The position numbers and the translations under genes were made by a program. 64,000 bases of DNA. Origin: an uncultured Acidobacteriota bacterium. Its GTDB lineage: Bacteria > Actinomycetota > Acidimicrobiia > Spongiisociales > ZC4RG35. How positions within the stretch are numbered: the stretch's first letter is position 1; every line of letters starts with the position of its first letter. Below are positions 9,434 to 18,285 of the stretch, piece after piece. Under the pieces are notes generated by a model that was not told the DNA's origin, searched no databases, and was given only the letters and a program-made list of their open reading frames with translations. The stretch spans positions 51,633 through 115,632 of the forward strand of contig CAWGJI010000005.1 in assembly GCA_963822895.1 (NCBI GenBank), written 5' to 3'.

Positions 9434-10618
9434 GTGTGGCCCGAGCACATCCTTCACGTCGACATGGACTCCTTCTTCGTCGAAGTCGAGCGACTGAGTG
9501 ACGAATCGTTGATCGGGAGACCGGTGGCGGTCGGCGGAACCGGGGGCCGCGGGGTGATTGCCAGCGCCTCGTACGAGGCCCGATCGTTCGGTGTCAGCTC
9601 GGCTCAGCCCACCGCCGTCGCCATGAGGCTCTGCCCTCCGCTGGTCGTGATCCCACCAAACCACTCCCGCTATGAGGAGGTCTCGTGGGAGGTCTTCGAA
9701 GTGTTTCGCTCCTTCACCCCACTCGTTGAGGGGTTGAGCCTCGACGAGGCCTTTCTCGACGTGTCCGGGCTTCGCCGGCACTTCGACTCACCCGTTGCGG
9801 TCGGGAGCGCACTCCGCCAAAGGATCCGGGAGCGTCTTGGCCTGCCGGCCTCCGTCGGAGTCGCAGGCTCCAAGTTCCTGGCGAAACTCGCCTCGGAGGC
9901 GGCCAAGCCGGATGGGGTCCTTCACGTGCCGGTCGAGGATCAGCTCGAGTTTCTCCACCCGCTGCCGGTGCAGGCGCTGTGGGGCGTCGGTCCGGCCACC
10001 CTTGCGGGTCTGAAGCGTCTGGGGATCGAGACCGTGGGAGACCTCGCCGAGCTGCCCGAGCCGACGATCCTGCAATCGCTAGGCCCGACACAAGGGCGTC
10101 ACCTGATCGACCTCTCGTTGGGGAGGGATCCTCGATCGGTTCACCCCGATAGCGAGGCCAAGTCGATTTCTGTGGAGGAGACCTACGAGTCCGACCTGAC
10201 CGGGCATGAGGTCATCGAGACCGCCCTCCTGGCCCACGCCCAACGACTCTCCGGCCGTTTGCGGCGGGCCGGTGTGTTGGCCCGCACCATCGCCATCAAG
10301 GTCCGGTACGAAGACTTCACAACGGTCACCCGAAGCAAGAGCACCGACAGAGCCACCAGTTCCGCCCACCAGATCTTTCAGATGGTGAAGGCCCTCCTCG
10401 ATTCGGTGGACACGGGCAGACCGGTGCGTCTCCTCGGAGTCGGGGCATCAGGGCTCGAGGCGTCCGGCTCCGACCCCCAGCTCCTGCTCGATGCGGGTAA
10501 CGAGCGGGATCGTCTTGCCGAGGCGGTCGGTGTGGTCAGAGAGAAGTACGGCGAGCATGCCATCGAGCCGGCTCGTCTACTGGACCTCCATAGCCCGGAC
10601 CCGGAATCTGACCGCTGA
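9434..10618 (+). CDS. dinB: DNA polymerase IV (Y family)
   Basis: HVDMDSFFVEVE, ASYEARSFGV, SLDEAFLD, KLASEAAKPDG; beta-clamp-like 'QLLL' near the C-terminus. Confidence 0.95.
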   Translation: MWPEHILHVDMDSFFVEVERLSDESLIGRPVAVGGTGGRGVIASASYEARSFGVSSAQPTAVAMRLCPPLVVIPPNHSRYEEVSWEVFEVFRSFTPLVEGLSLDEAFLDVSGLRRHFDSPVAVGSALRQRIRERLGLPASVGVAGSKFLAKLASEAAKPDGVLHVPVEDQLEFLHPLPVQALWGVGPATLAGLKRLGIETVGDLAELPEPTILQSLGPTQGRHLIDLSLGRDPRSVHPDSEAKSISVEETYESDLTGHEVIETALLAHAQRLSGRLRRAGVLARTIAIKVRYEDFTTVTRSKSTDRATSSAHQIFQMVKALLDSVDTGRPVRLLGVGASGLEASGSDPQLLLDAGNERDRLAEAVGVVREKYGEHAIEPARLLDLHSPDPESDR

Positions 10619-10682
10619 ACTGTCGCCGGGCTGGGTGTATTGTGTCCTTGGGCGCGGATCGGCTTTGACGAACGAGGTTTGA

Positions 10683-11018
10683 ATGGCCCTCGATGATCAC
10701 GAACAGAAGATCCTGGCGGAGATAGAGCGTCAGTTCTACGAAGAGGATCCAGAGTTGGCGCGGGCGGTTCGTCAGATCGCCAAGCCTTCGAGATTCGGCG
10801 TGAGGCTGTCACTGCTGGGAGTCGTCGCCGGTCTGGCGATCGTCATCGGTTTCTTTGCCACATCCACACTCGTGGCCTTCGTGGGGTTCGCCCTGCTGGT
10901 GGGCTCGGCTGCAGCTCTGGTGAGCGGGCTCCGGGCGCGCGGGTGGCATTCGAGGGAAAAGAAGCAGGAAGGCGAGGACCCCGAGTCCGGTTGGCGCGAC
11001 CCCTTCCGTCGCGACTGA
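10683..11018 (+). CDS. DUF3040 domain membrane protein
   Basis: MALDDHEQKILAEIERQFYEEDPELA followed by two TM helices. Confidence 0.9.
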   Translation: MALDDHEQKILAEIERQFYEEDPELARAVRQIAKPSRFGVRLSLLGVVAGLAIVIGFFATSTLVAFVGFALLVGSAAALVSGLRARGWHSREKKQEGEDPESGWRDPFRRD

Positions 11019-11022
11019 TTTC

Positions 11023-11110
11023 AACCGGCTATCGTTGCGGCCCCCTGGCGGCTTTCGCGGGAGTCTCCGTCGCCGGAGGGGGAAGAAACGGCCCACGACT
11101 CGGGTCGGTT
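11023..11110. other. long nested inverted repeat (putative RNA hairpin)
   Basis: AACCGGC/GTCGGTT outer stem; TCGT..GGCC/GGCC..ACGA middle stem; CCCCCTGGCGGC/GTCGCCGGAGGGG inner stem. Confidence 0.55.
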
Positions 11111-11132
11111 CAAACGTTGTAGGAAGGGACGA

Positions 11133-11630
11133 GTGGACCAGTCATTTACCGCCGAGCAGGCATGCCGGTTGACCAATTGCACACATCATCAACTCCGTTA
11201 TTGGGACCGGGTGGGGCTGGTCAAACCGTCGATGCAAACCACAGGCGGTCGTCCGGGGGTGAGGCGCCTCTACAGCTTCCGCGACCTGGTCGCCCTTCGC
11301 GTGGTGCGAAGCCTCCTCGACAACGGGATGTCTCTCCAGCGGGTTCGACGCGCCTGGGACTATCTCCGTCGAGAGGGCGAGATGGAGGACCATCTGGCCG
11401 ATGTGAAACTGGTGACGGACGGACACTCCATCTTCCACGTCGGTTCGGACGAGGGCGAGTTGATGGACGCCCTCAGGCAGGGCCAGCTCGCTTTCTTCGT
11501 CGCGATCGACGAGATCACCCGCGAAGTGGAGGAAGACGTCACCAAGTTCGAGCTGGACAGAAGCCGATTCCTCGACATGCTCAAACGGGTCGAGGACGAC
11601 ATCAGCGAGGAGAGGGCGTCAGGCTCCTGA
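11133..11630 (+). CDS. MerR-family transcriptional regulator (Rv1830/McdR-like)
   Basis: QLRYWDRVGLVKPS, RLYSFRDLVALRVVRSLLDNGMSLQRVR, LVTDG..ELMDALRQGQ. Confidence 0.85.
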   Translation: MDQSFTAEQACRLTNCTHHQLRYWDRVGLVKPSMQTTGGRPGVRRLYSFRDLVALRVVRSLLDNGMSLQRVRRAWDYLRREGEMEDHLADVKLVTDGHSIFHVGSDEGELMDALRQGQLAFFVAIDEITREVEEDVTKFELDRSRFLDMLKRVEDDISEERASGS

Positions 11631-13967
11631 GCGGGAGCCCTTGCCGATCAACGATCGGGGATTGAAGGCGGCGCGAGCCCTCTGCCCACTCTCGAACTTC
11701 AGCTTCAGCCACTGTTCCACGACCTCGAGGTCCTTCTCGGTGCCATAGCCGGTCCGATTCCCATAGACGGCGGCGGCATAGGTCGTGGCGAGCGGGACAA
11801 GTGACCGGTCTCTGGATCGGGCGAATTCGAGGGGTGTCTGATGGCCGGCCACCGGCTCTCCAAGATCGGTGAGCCTGTCGACGATCTCATCCCAGGCCGC
11901 CGTGATGTCACCCTCTCTCAGCTTGCGCAGCCGTCTCCTGCGTCGTATGGACTTGGCCGCCGGGATGGAAGCGGCCACGGCGAGGGCGATCACGGCCACG
12001 GCAACGACCCACCATTGGGTCAGATCGAAGCCTCCCGTCGAGCCCCCCACCGGGTTGTCGGTGAGGTCTATCTGATTTCTCGGCTCGTCCAGGTTGTTGA
12101 AATTGTCGGGACGATTGATGATGAGTGGCGAAGTCTGATCCGGCGGCGGGAGGAACTGGGTCGGGTCGAACCCGGCAGTGATGCTCTCGGGCTGGGTGCC
12201 GTCGCCGCGGGGCGTCGGGTCGAAGCGCACCCAGCCGAACCCGTCCATCCACATCTCCACCCATGCGTGGGCGTTGTTGTCCCGCACGACCACCACCTCG
12301 GTGCCGTCGGGCTGTGTCTCCACCGTGCCCGGGGTGAATCCCCACACCACGCGGCTCGGGATCTGGAGGGCTCGCCCCAGAACCGCCATCGCTGCGGCGA
12401 ATTGTTCGCAATACCCGGTGTGATAGTTCTGACTGGTGTCGTCTGCCAGCCAGTTCTCCAGGTCGAGGCTGCCGTGACCTGTGCTGACATCGGTGGAGTA
12501 CTTGAAGTCGTTGCTGTCCCGGAACCAACTCTGCAAGAGCCATGCCTCCTCGAAGACGGTGGAGGCTCCTGCGGTCTGTTGCCGGGCGATCGTGGCGATG
12601 CCGGAAGGCAGCTCTTCAGGGAGCTCGAGGTACTTCTCGATGTCGCCGGGCTCACCGACGTCCTCCGGCGGGGTCCCGGGCTGGAGGTCCATGACACCGG
12701 CTGCGACTGCATTGGCGAAGAGCGGGCTGAGGGTCCCGTTGGGGAGGGTGGCCAACGAGGGGAGGTCGCGGTCATCGAGGCTGAGGGTCGATTGGGCCTC
12801 GTACTCGTCGTCGGTATCCATCTGGGCCTGGTAGATCGCCGACCCCGAAGAGGTGATTTGCAACCCGCTCACGTTCACCGAGTCCGATCGGAAGTATTGG
12901 GCGATCCCTGCGGTGGGAACGACCTGGGAGCGAAGGTGGTCGATTCGGATCCTCTGTGTGATCTCCTGCGTCGTCCCTCGATAGCTGTAGTCGGGGTCAC
13001 CTCCGCCGGTTCCCGGCTCATAGAAGACGGTCGGCTCTGAGGAAGGGCGCCAGGCGGTGCCGTCGAAGACGTCGAGGCTCTCCATGCGCCAGTAGATCTG
13101 GTTGGCCGGAGGAGCGCCGTCATCGAGGGTGGCGCGGAAGAGCACGAGGTTGCTGCGGCGGATGATGCTCTGCTGGAGGTCGGCCAGCCGGTCGAAGGCG
13201 ACGCCGCCTCCTCCCGGGCCGTACCCACCGCCCAGCCGCCAATTGACGTTTCCGCTCGGCGGGACCAAAGATGCCGAGCTCGACGCGGCAAAGACCGAGC
13301 CGATTGCGATGAAGATCGTGAGCACGAACGCCATGCTCCCGGCCCGCCGTGCCAGGGGCCGCCCTTCGCGGTCACGCACCCTTCCCGCCTCACTACGCCT
13401 CTCTATGGCGAGCGAGGTGATGCTCAGAGAGATGACCAGCGCCGCGGCAGCCATCCATCCACGGCCGGCGGGGACGCGATCCATCACTGCGAACTGCAGA
13501 TAGAGCCCGATCGAGGGGAGGAGCATGGCCAGCACCGGCCCACCGGTGACTCCCCACACGAAGAGGGCACCCGTCGCCCACATGAGGACGGCGAGAATCG
13601 ACACCAATCCTGAGGTCGGGAACACCGGCGCCACGCCATATCTCACCAGGTCCAGCGTCTGTGACATCTCTTTGCCTAGCGCAGCCGGTGTGTCGGCGCC
13701 CGGTATGAACCCCCCGATCAGGGTGTGTGGGACGGAGATCCTGAGGAAGAGGGCCAGACCGGCCACGGCGAAGAGTGCCAGCGCGATCCGGTTGTTGCTG
13801 ATCGTCTGGCTCAGGAGCCACCAGATGACACCGCCGAGAAACGCCGAGGCGATCATGATCAGCTGCCACGCCGGCGCCTCGGTCCCGCTGTCGAGGAGAC
13901 GCCCCAGGCGGAGCAACATCAGGGCGAAAGCGGCGATGCCCGCTAGACGGCCGAGGCGGTTGTCCAT
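11619..13967 (-). CDS. membrane transglutaminase-like protein (DUF3488 + transglutaminase core + DUF4129)
   Basis: N-terminal TM bundle, YWRMESLDVFDG, GYCEQFA, HAWVE, GWVRFDPTP (Cys-His-Asp triad). Confidence 0.92.
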   Translation of the reverse strand: MDNRLGRLAGIAAFALMLLRLGRLLDSGTEAPAWQLIMIASAFLGGVIWWLLSQTISNNRIALALFAVAGLALFLRISVPHTLIGGFIPGADTPAALGKEMSQTLDLVRYGVAPVFPTSGLVSILAVLMWATGALFVWGVTGGPVLAMLLPSIGLYLQFAVMDRVPAGRGWMAAAALVISLSITSLAIERRSEAGRVRDREGRPLARRAGSMAFVLTIFIAIGSVFAASSSASLVPPSGNVNWRLGGGYGPGGGGVAFDRLADLQQSIIRRSNLVLFRATLDDGAPPANQIYWRMESLDVFDGTAWRPSSEPTVFYEPGTGGGDPDYSYRGTTQEITQRIRIDHLRSQVVPTAGIAQYFRSDSVNVSGLQITSSGSAIYQAQMDTDDEYEAQSTLSLDDRDLPSLATLPNGTLSPLFANAVAAGVMDLQPGTPPEDVGEPGDIEKYLELPEELPSGIATIARQQTAGASTVFEEAWLLQSWFRDSNDFKYSTDVSTGHGSLDLENWLADDTSQNYHTGYCEQFAAAMAVLGRALQIPSRVVWGFTPGTVETQPDGTEVVVVRDNNAHAWVEMWMDGFGWVRFDPTPRGDGTQPESITAGFDPTQFLPPPDQTSPLIINRPDNFNNLDEPRNQIDLTDNPVGGSTGGFDLTQWWVVAVAVIALAVAASIPAAKSIRRRRRLRKLREGDITAAWDEIVDRLTDLGEPVAGHQTPLEFARSRDRSLVPLATTYAAAVYGNRTGYGTEKDLEVVEQWLKLKFESGQRARAAFNPRSLIGKGSRSGA

Positions 13968-15121
13968 GCGTTCCTCAGCGAGGTGAGCCAAACCGGCGCC
14001 CATGGCTGGTCGGGCGCCACCGAAACGGTGGTTACCCCCATCCGATGAAAGCCGACCAGGGTCTGGGATGTCGAGCTCGACGCGGTCATCAGCACCGTGG
14101 TCGGGTAGTCACCGGCCAGTAGTTGTTGGACGGTGAGCAAGGGCCGGTCGGCGATTCCAGTGACGATCACGAGGGCCCCGCCGCCGCCCTTCTGCCGTAT
14201 GCGAGTGGCCACAGCCTCGATGTCGATCAATGGATCGGGTTGCACCAGGGCGAGGCGCTCCATGGCCGAGGAATACCGTGAAGCATCGATCGGCTCGGCG
14301 TCACCCGCCCAGAGGTCGGCGTCGAATCCGGACCCGATCAGATGTGTCACGATCGTTGCCGCGCCGGAGACGGCTTTCTCGAACGCCGCGGACGACTCAT
14401 AGGAGTCGCTTCGGACGTCGAGCAACACCAGTGCGCGTGACTGCCAGGGCGTTTCGAGCTGGCGAATCATCAACTCGTCGGTCTTGGCAGACGAGGGCCA
14501 GTGGACACGTCTCAGGTCGTCGCCTCGCTGGTATTCGCGCAAGGTGTAGAAGTCCTCTCCGCCGCGTCGGGCGTGCTCGGGGCGGGATGCTTGCATCGCC
14601 GGGTCCTGGCCACGGACGATGGGGAACCCCGTCAGCTCCTCGACTGCCGGATAGACGACGATCCGATCGACGGGGCCGGTGCCGACATTGGATTCCGCGA
14701 GCCCGAGCGGGTCGGAGGCCCTTACCACCGTCGGGCCGACCCGGTAGACACCCCGCGGCCGACAGGTGACCCGATAGGTCGCCGTCGTCGACTCGCCCTT
14801 CTTCAGCTTCGCCACCTCGAATGTGGCGACTCCGAGCTCGTTCACGTCGTCTTCGATGGTCAGGTACCCGGCCGAATGCCGGCTCGGGTTGTCGACCAGG
14901 AGCGTCACATTCGTGGTGTCCCCGTCATGGACCGTCGACGACCCGAGACGCCGGTTCACCTCCAGCGCGGGGCGACGCAACCTGACGTAGGCGAGGGCGA
15001 CGAGTTGGGCGAACAGCAGGAACAGGGCGGTGAGCAGCAATTCCGCCTCACCGAGGGCATACCAGAGGAAGAGCAGCGCGAGACCGGCCCCGGAGAGCGC
15101 CCAGCCCCGCAAGGTTGGCAT
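13943..15121 (-). CDS. DUF58 domain protein
   Basis: DPLGL, LREYQRGDDLRRVHWPSSAK..LMIRQ. Confidence 0.92.
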   Translation of the reverse strand: MPTLRGWALSGAGLALLFLWYALGEAELLLTALFLLFAQLVALAYVRLRRPALEVNRRLGSSTVHDGDTTNVTLLVDNPSRHSAGYLTIEDDVNELGVATFEVAKLKKGESTTATYRVTCRPRGVYRVGPTVVRASDPLGLAESNVGTGPVDRIVVYPAVEELTGFPIVRGQDPAMQASRPEHARRGGEDFYTLREYQRGDDLRRVHWPSSAKTDELMIRQLETPWQSRALVLLDVRSDSYESSAAFEKAVSGAATIVTHLIGSGFDADLWAGDAEPIDASRYSSAMERLALVQPDPLIDIEAVATRIRQKGGGGALVIVTGIADRPLLTVQQLLAGDYPTTVLMTASSSTSQTLVGFHRMGVTTVSVAPDQPWAPVWLTSLRNAWTTASAV

Positions 15122-16101
15122 CAGGTGGCGATCCGGCTCGTCGTGCCGGGAACACGCAGTCGGGTCATGATCTCGTCGATTGCCTCAGGCAGCGACTCGC
15201 CTCTCATCTGGGCCTCCGGTCGAAGGGCCATCCGATGCTCCAAGACGGGGTGGGCAAGTGCCTTCACGTCGTCGGGTGTGACGTACTCGCGACCCTGGGA
15301 GGCCGCCCGCGCTCGCGCCAGACGCTGCAGGAAGAGAGCGGCCCTCGGCGAGGCGCCGAGGAGAACATCCGCATGGGTGCGGGTGCCTTCGACCAGGTCG
15401 ACGATGTAGGTCTTCACCGATTGGGATACCACCACTGCCCGGGCAATGGCGACCATGTCCTCGACCTCGGCGACAGATAGCACCGGCTTCAAGTCGAAAA
15501 AGGTCGAGCGGACGCCGTGGGTGTCGAGGATCTCCAATTCCTTCTGACGACTCGGATAACCGATGACGACCCGCATCATGAATCGGTCGAGCTGGGCTTC
15601 CGGTAATGGATACGTGCCCTCGTGCTCCAAGGGGTTCTGCGTGGCCACCACCATGAACGGGAGCGGGAGCAGCCGGGTGACCCCATCGGAGGTGACCTGC
15701 TTTTCCTCCATCGCCTCCAGGAGCGCCGACTGGGTCTTCGGGCTGGCCCGGTTTATCTCGTCGCCGACCACGATGTTGGCGAAGATGGGGCCGGGTTTGA
15801 ACTCGAACTCGTTCCGGTTGCGGTCCCATACCGATACTCCGGTCACATCTGATGGCAGCAGGTCCGGGGTGAACTGGATTCGCTGGAACTGGCCGTCGAT
15901 CGACCGGGCTATCGATTTCGCCAACTGAGTCTTGCCGACACCGGGAACGTCCTCCACCAGGACATGCCCCTCGGCCACGAGGGCGAGCACGAGAAGCTCG
16001 ACCACGTCGCGCTTGCCCTGGATGACCTTTTCGACATTGGCTGCGATTCGGTCGAACCGCTCGGAGAAGGTCTCGATCTGCTTTGGCGATACCTCGGACA
16101 A
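15121..16101 (-). CDS. MoxR-family AAA+ ATPase
   Basis: EDVPGVGKT, RIQFTPDLLPSD, DEINRASPKTQSALLEAMEE, ATQNP; start TTG 16101 (GGGAG SD), alternative in-frame ATG 16296. Confidence 0.95.
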   Translation of the reverse strand: MSEVSPKQIETFSERFDRIAANVEKVIQGKRDVVELLVLALVAEGHVLVEDVPGVGKTQLAKSIARSIDGQFQRIQFTPDLLPSDVTGVSVWDRNRNEFEFKPGPIFANIVVGDEINRASPKTQSALLEAMEEKQVTSDGVTRLLPLPFMVVATQNPLEHEGTYPLPEAQLDRFMMRVVIGYPSRQKELEILDTHGVRSTFFDLKPVLSVAEVEDMVAIARAVVVSQSVKTYIVDLVEGTRTHADVLLGASPRAALFLQRLARARAASQGREYVTPDDVKALAHPVLEHRMALRPEAQMRGESLPEAIDEIMTRLRVPGTTSRIAT

Positions 16102-16427
16102 GTGCAACTCCCGTGTGGCCTGATCTGGGCGAAACTCTACCGGTCGTCCTCCGCTGTGGGAGCTAGAGTGTGGTTGGGGAATGGCTGTCGACTCATGGGA
16201 GATGGGCTGGGGATGGGAGGATTTCTGCTGACTTCGATACGTCGGCCGGTCCTGTTCTGGGAGGCCATCAGGGCCTTCTTCGCCATGCGCTCTCATCGGG
16301 GTTTGTTCCCCTCCTCTTCTTATGTCGACTGGAGAGTTCATACCGCATACGGCGATGGCATGTCGGGAATCCGACAAGACGATCTGATCGAGTTCCTCGC
16401 CTGGCGACGGCGCATGAGGGTCTTCAA

Positions 16428-17009
16428 GTGAGTGGGAAGCTTCTCGAGCGGCTTCAGGACATACCGGGGGTGGCGGCGGTTTCCTTCGATCTCGACGACG
16501 TCGAGTCCGGCATCAACGTTCGCCTGGAGCCCGACGCCAATGAAGTCGAGGTCTTGGAGAGGGTAAAGGCGCTCCTGGTCGCATATGGGGTGCGGTCCCA
16601 CGACGACCCGGACCTTCGAGTCGGGGGCAGTCGCCTCCAACCGGCGGGTCCCCTGGGCGTCGAGGTCCGCATCACGCCGATAAAGGGTGGAGCGCGTGTA
16701 GAGGTGATTGGAAAGGCCATTCGGTCATTCCGCGTGGTGATGCCTGATCCGATGTCGGTTGCCCAGGGTCTCGCCGACGCCTGGTGCCAGGTGATCGGGA
16801 AGCCGCCTTTCGAGATCACCAGAGCCAAGGTCCGCGACGACGGTGTCATCGAGGTGGCGGCAGTCGACGGGGACTTCGAGCGCGTCGGTCGCGCCGACAC
16901 CTCGCAAGGATGGGAGCCGGCGCTCGGTCTGGCCGTCGGCAAGGCGATGGGTCTCATCGAGCTGAATCTCGATCCCGAAGATGCGGATTTGGCCCACGCC
17001 GGTTGGTAA
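16428..17009 (+). CDS. hypothetical soluble protein
   Basis: Protein-like portion of track ORF 16170..17009 begins at GTG 16428, preceded by GAGGG. Confidence 0.7.
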   Translation: MSGKLLERLQDIPGVAAVSFDLDDVESGINVRLEPDANEVEVLERVKALLVAYGVRSHDDPDLRVGGSRLQPAGPLGVEVRITPIKGGARVEVIGKAIRSFRVVMPDPMSVAQGLADAWCQVIGKPPFEITRAKVRDDGVIEVAAVDGDFERVGRADTSQGWEPALGLAVGKAMGLIELNLDPEDADLAHAGW

Positions 17010-17034
17010 CGTCGCCACAAGCGAATTACCACGC

Positions 17035-17532
17035 ATGGCCAGAGTCCTAGTCCTGAACGCCAGTTACGAGCCGCTTTCGGTGGTGACCACCAGGCGCGCC
17101 GTGATATTGGTCCTCAACAGCAAGGCCAGCGTGGTCGTGGGAAAGGACGAGACGTGGAGCTCGGAGAGCGCCACCGTCGAAGTCCCATCCGTCGTTCGGC
17201 TTCATCGTTTTGTGAAGGTTCCCTATAGACGTGCCGCCCCGGTCACCCGCCGCGCCGTATTCGGGCGCGACGGGCACAAGTGTCAATATTGCGGCGCTCC
17301 TGCCGAGTCGATCGATCACATCACGCCCCGTTCGAAGGGGGGCAACCACACGTGGGAGAACGTCGTCGCCTGTTGTCGCCCCTGCAACATCAGGAAAGGG
17401 GATCGTTCTCCTTCTGAGGCCGGTCTGAGATTGGCCTCCAAGCCAGGCCCTCCACGACGATATGCATGGATCTACGCATCGACCGGGTACGAGGTCGACC
17501 CCGCCTGGCACCCGTATCTAGAGGTCGCCTAG
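17035..17532 (+). CDS. HNH endonuclease (McrA/HNH_5-like)
   Basis: VLVLNASYEPL, RDGHKCQYCG, IDHITPRSKGG, WENVVACCRPCNIRKG. Confidence 0.92.
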   Translation: MARVLVLNASYEPLSVVTTRRAVILVLNSKASVVVGKDETWSSESATVEVPSVVRLHRFVKVPYRRAAPVTRRAVFGRDGHKCQYCGAPAESIDHITPRSKGGNHTWENVVACCRPCNIRKGDRSPSEAGLRLASKPGPPRRYAWIYASTGYEVDPAWHPYLEVA

Positions 17533-17541
17533 GCGTCGCCA

Positions 17542-18093
17542 GTGCGTCTCGTTCGGGCCGCTGAACCGGAAGACGCCGCCGCAATCGCGGCCATATACGA
17601 CCCGTTGGTCAGTGACGGTCACGTCTCCTTCGAGATCGACCCTCCCGGCCCAAGGGAGATAGCCCGACGACTGGTCTCAGGTTCCAGGACGCATCCCTGG
17701 ATGGTGATGACCGAGGGGTCCGAGTTGGTCGCCTATGCGTATGCCGCTCCACACCGCGCTCGCCCGGGGTATCGCTGGTCGACCGAGACGTCCATCTATG
17801 TGCGCTCCGGATGGCGACGCCGCGGGGCGGGGGGAGAGTTGTACTTGCATCTGCTCGACCAATGCCGGGTCTGGGGATATGTCTCCGCATATGCCGGGAT
17901 CGCACTTCCCAATCCCGCCTCCGAGCGTCTGCACGCCTCAACTGGTTTCGTCCCGATCGGGGTCTTCCCCCGTGTTGGGCTCAAACTGGGCAAGTGGCAC
18001 GACGTGAGCTGGTGGTATCTCTCGCTCACCGATGATTCGTCGCCACCGGTCACCAGCCCTGGCCCACCCACGGGCCTGGAAGCGGATCGCTAG
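17542..18093 (+). CDS. GNAT N-acetyltransferase, phosphinothricin/arsinothricin (Pat/ArsN1-like) family
   Basis: SFEIDPP, YAYA..HRARPGYRWSTETSIYV, AGIALPNPAS, VGLKLGKWHDV. Confidence 0.88.
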   Translation: MRLVRAAEPEDAAAIAAIYDPLVSDGHVSFEIDPPGPREIARRLVSGSRTHPWMVMTEGSELVAYAYAAPHRARPGYRWSTETSIYVRSGWRRRGAGGELYLHLLDQCRVWGYVSAYAGIALPNPASERLHASTGFVPIGVFPRVGLKLGKWHDVSWWYLSLTDDSSPPVTSPGPPTGLEADR

Positions 18094-18170
18094 CAAACAC
18101 ATCACCTCTCGAGACTGTTCACTCCACGGCGACCTGGCCTTCTCGTCCTGCCCACCGAGCCGATGTGTCG

Positions 18171-18229
18171 GTGGGGTGAATGAGTGGGGGAAAAGGTTGA
18201 CAAATGGGGGGAAGTGGGTCATAGTGGCG
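18171..18229 (+). promoter_or_regulatory. dcw promoter with MraZ-box repeats
   Basis: TTGACA (18197-18202), 17 nt spacer, CATAGT (18220-18225); (G/A)TGG(G) boxes at 18184, 18204, 18214, 18224 in a 10-bp register, plus one at 18171. Confidence 0.8.
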
Positions 18230-18285
18230 CGACCGACCCAGGAGAAGGGGTCAGCAGCGATGAGGACGGACGGAGAAGAACTGAA

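Noticed and set aside
11619-16101. MoxR-DUF58-transglutaminase as a novel system
   Set aside because: A well-known widespread triad, although its function is still poorly defined
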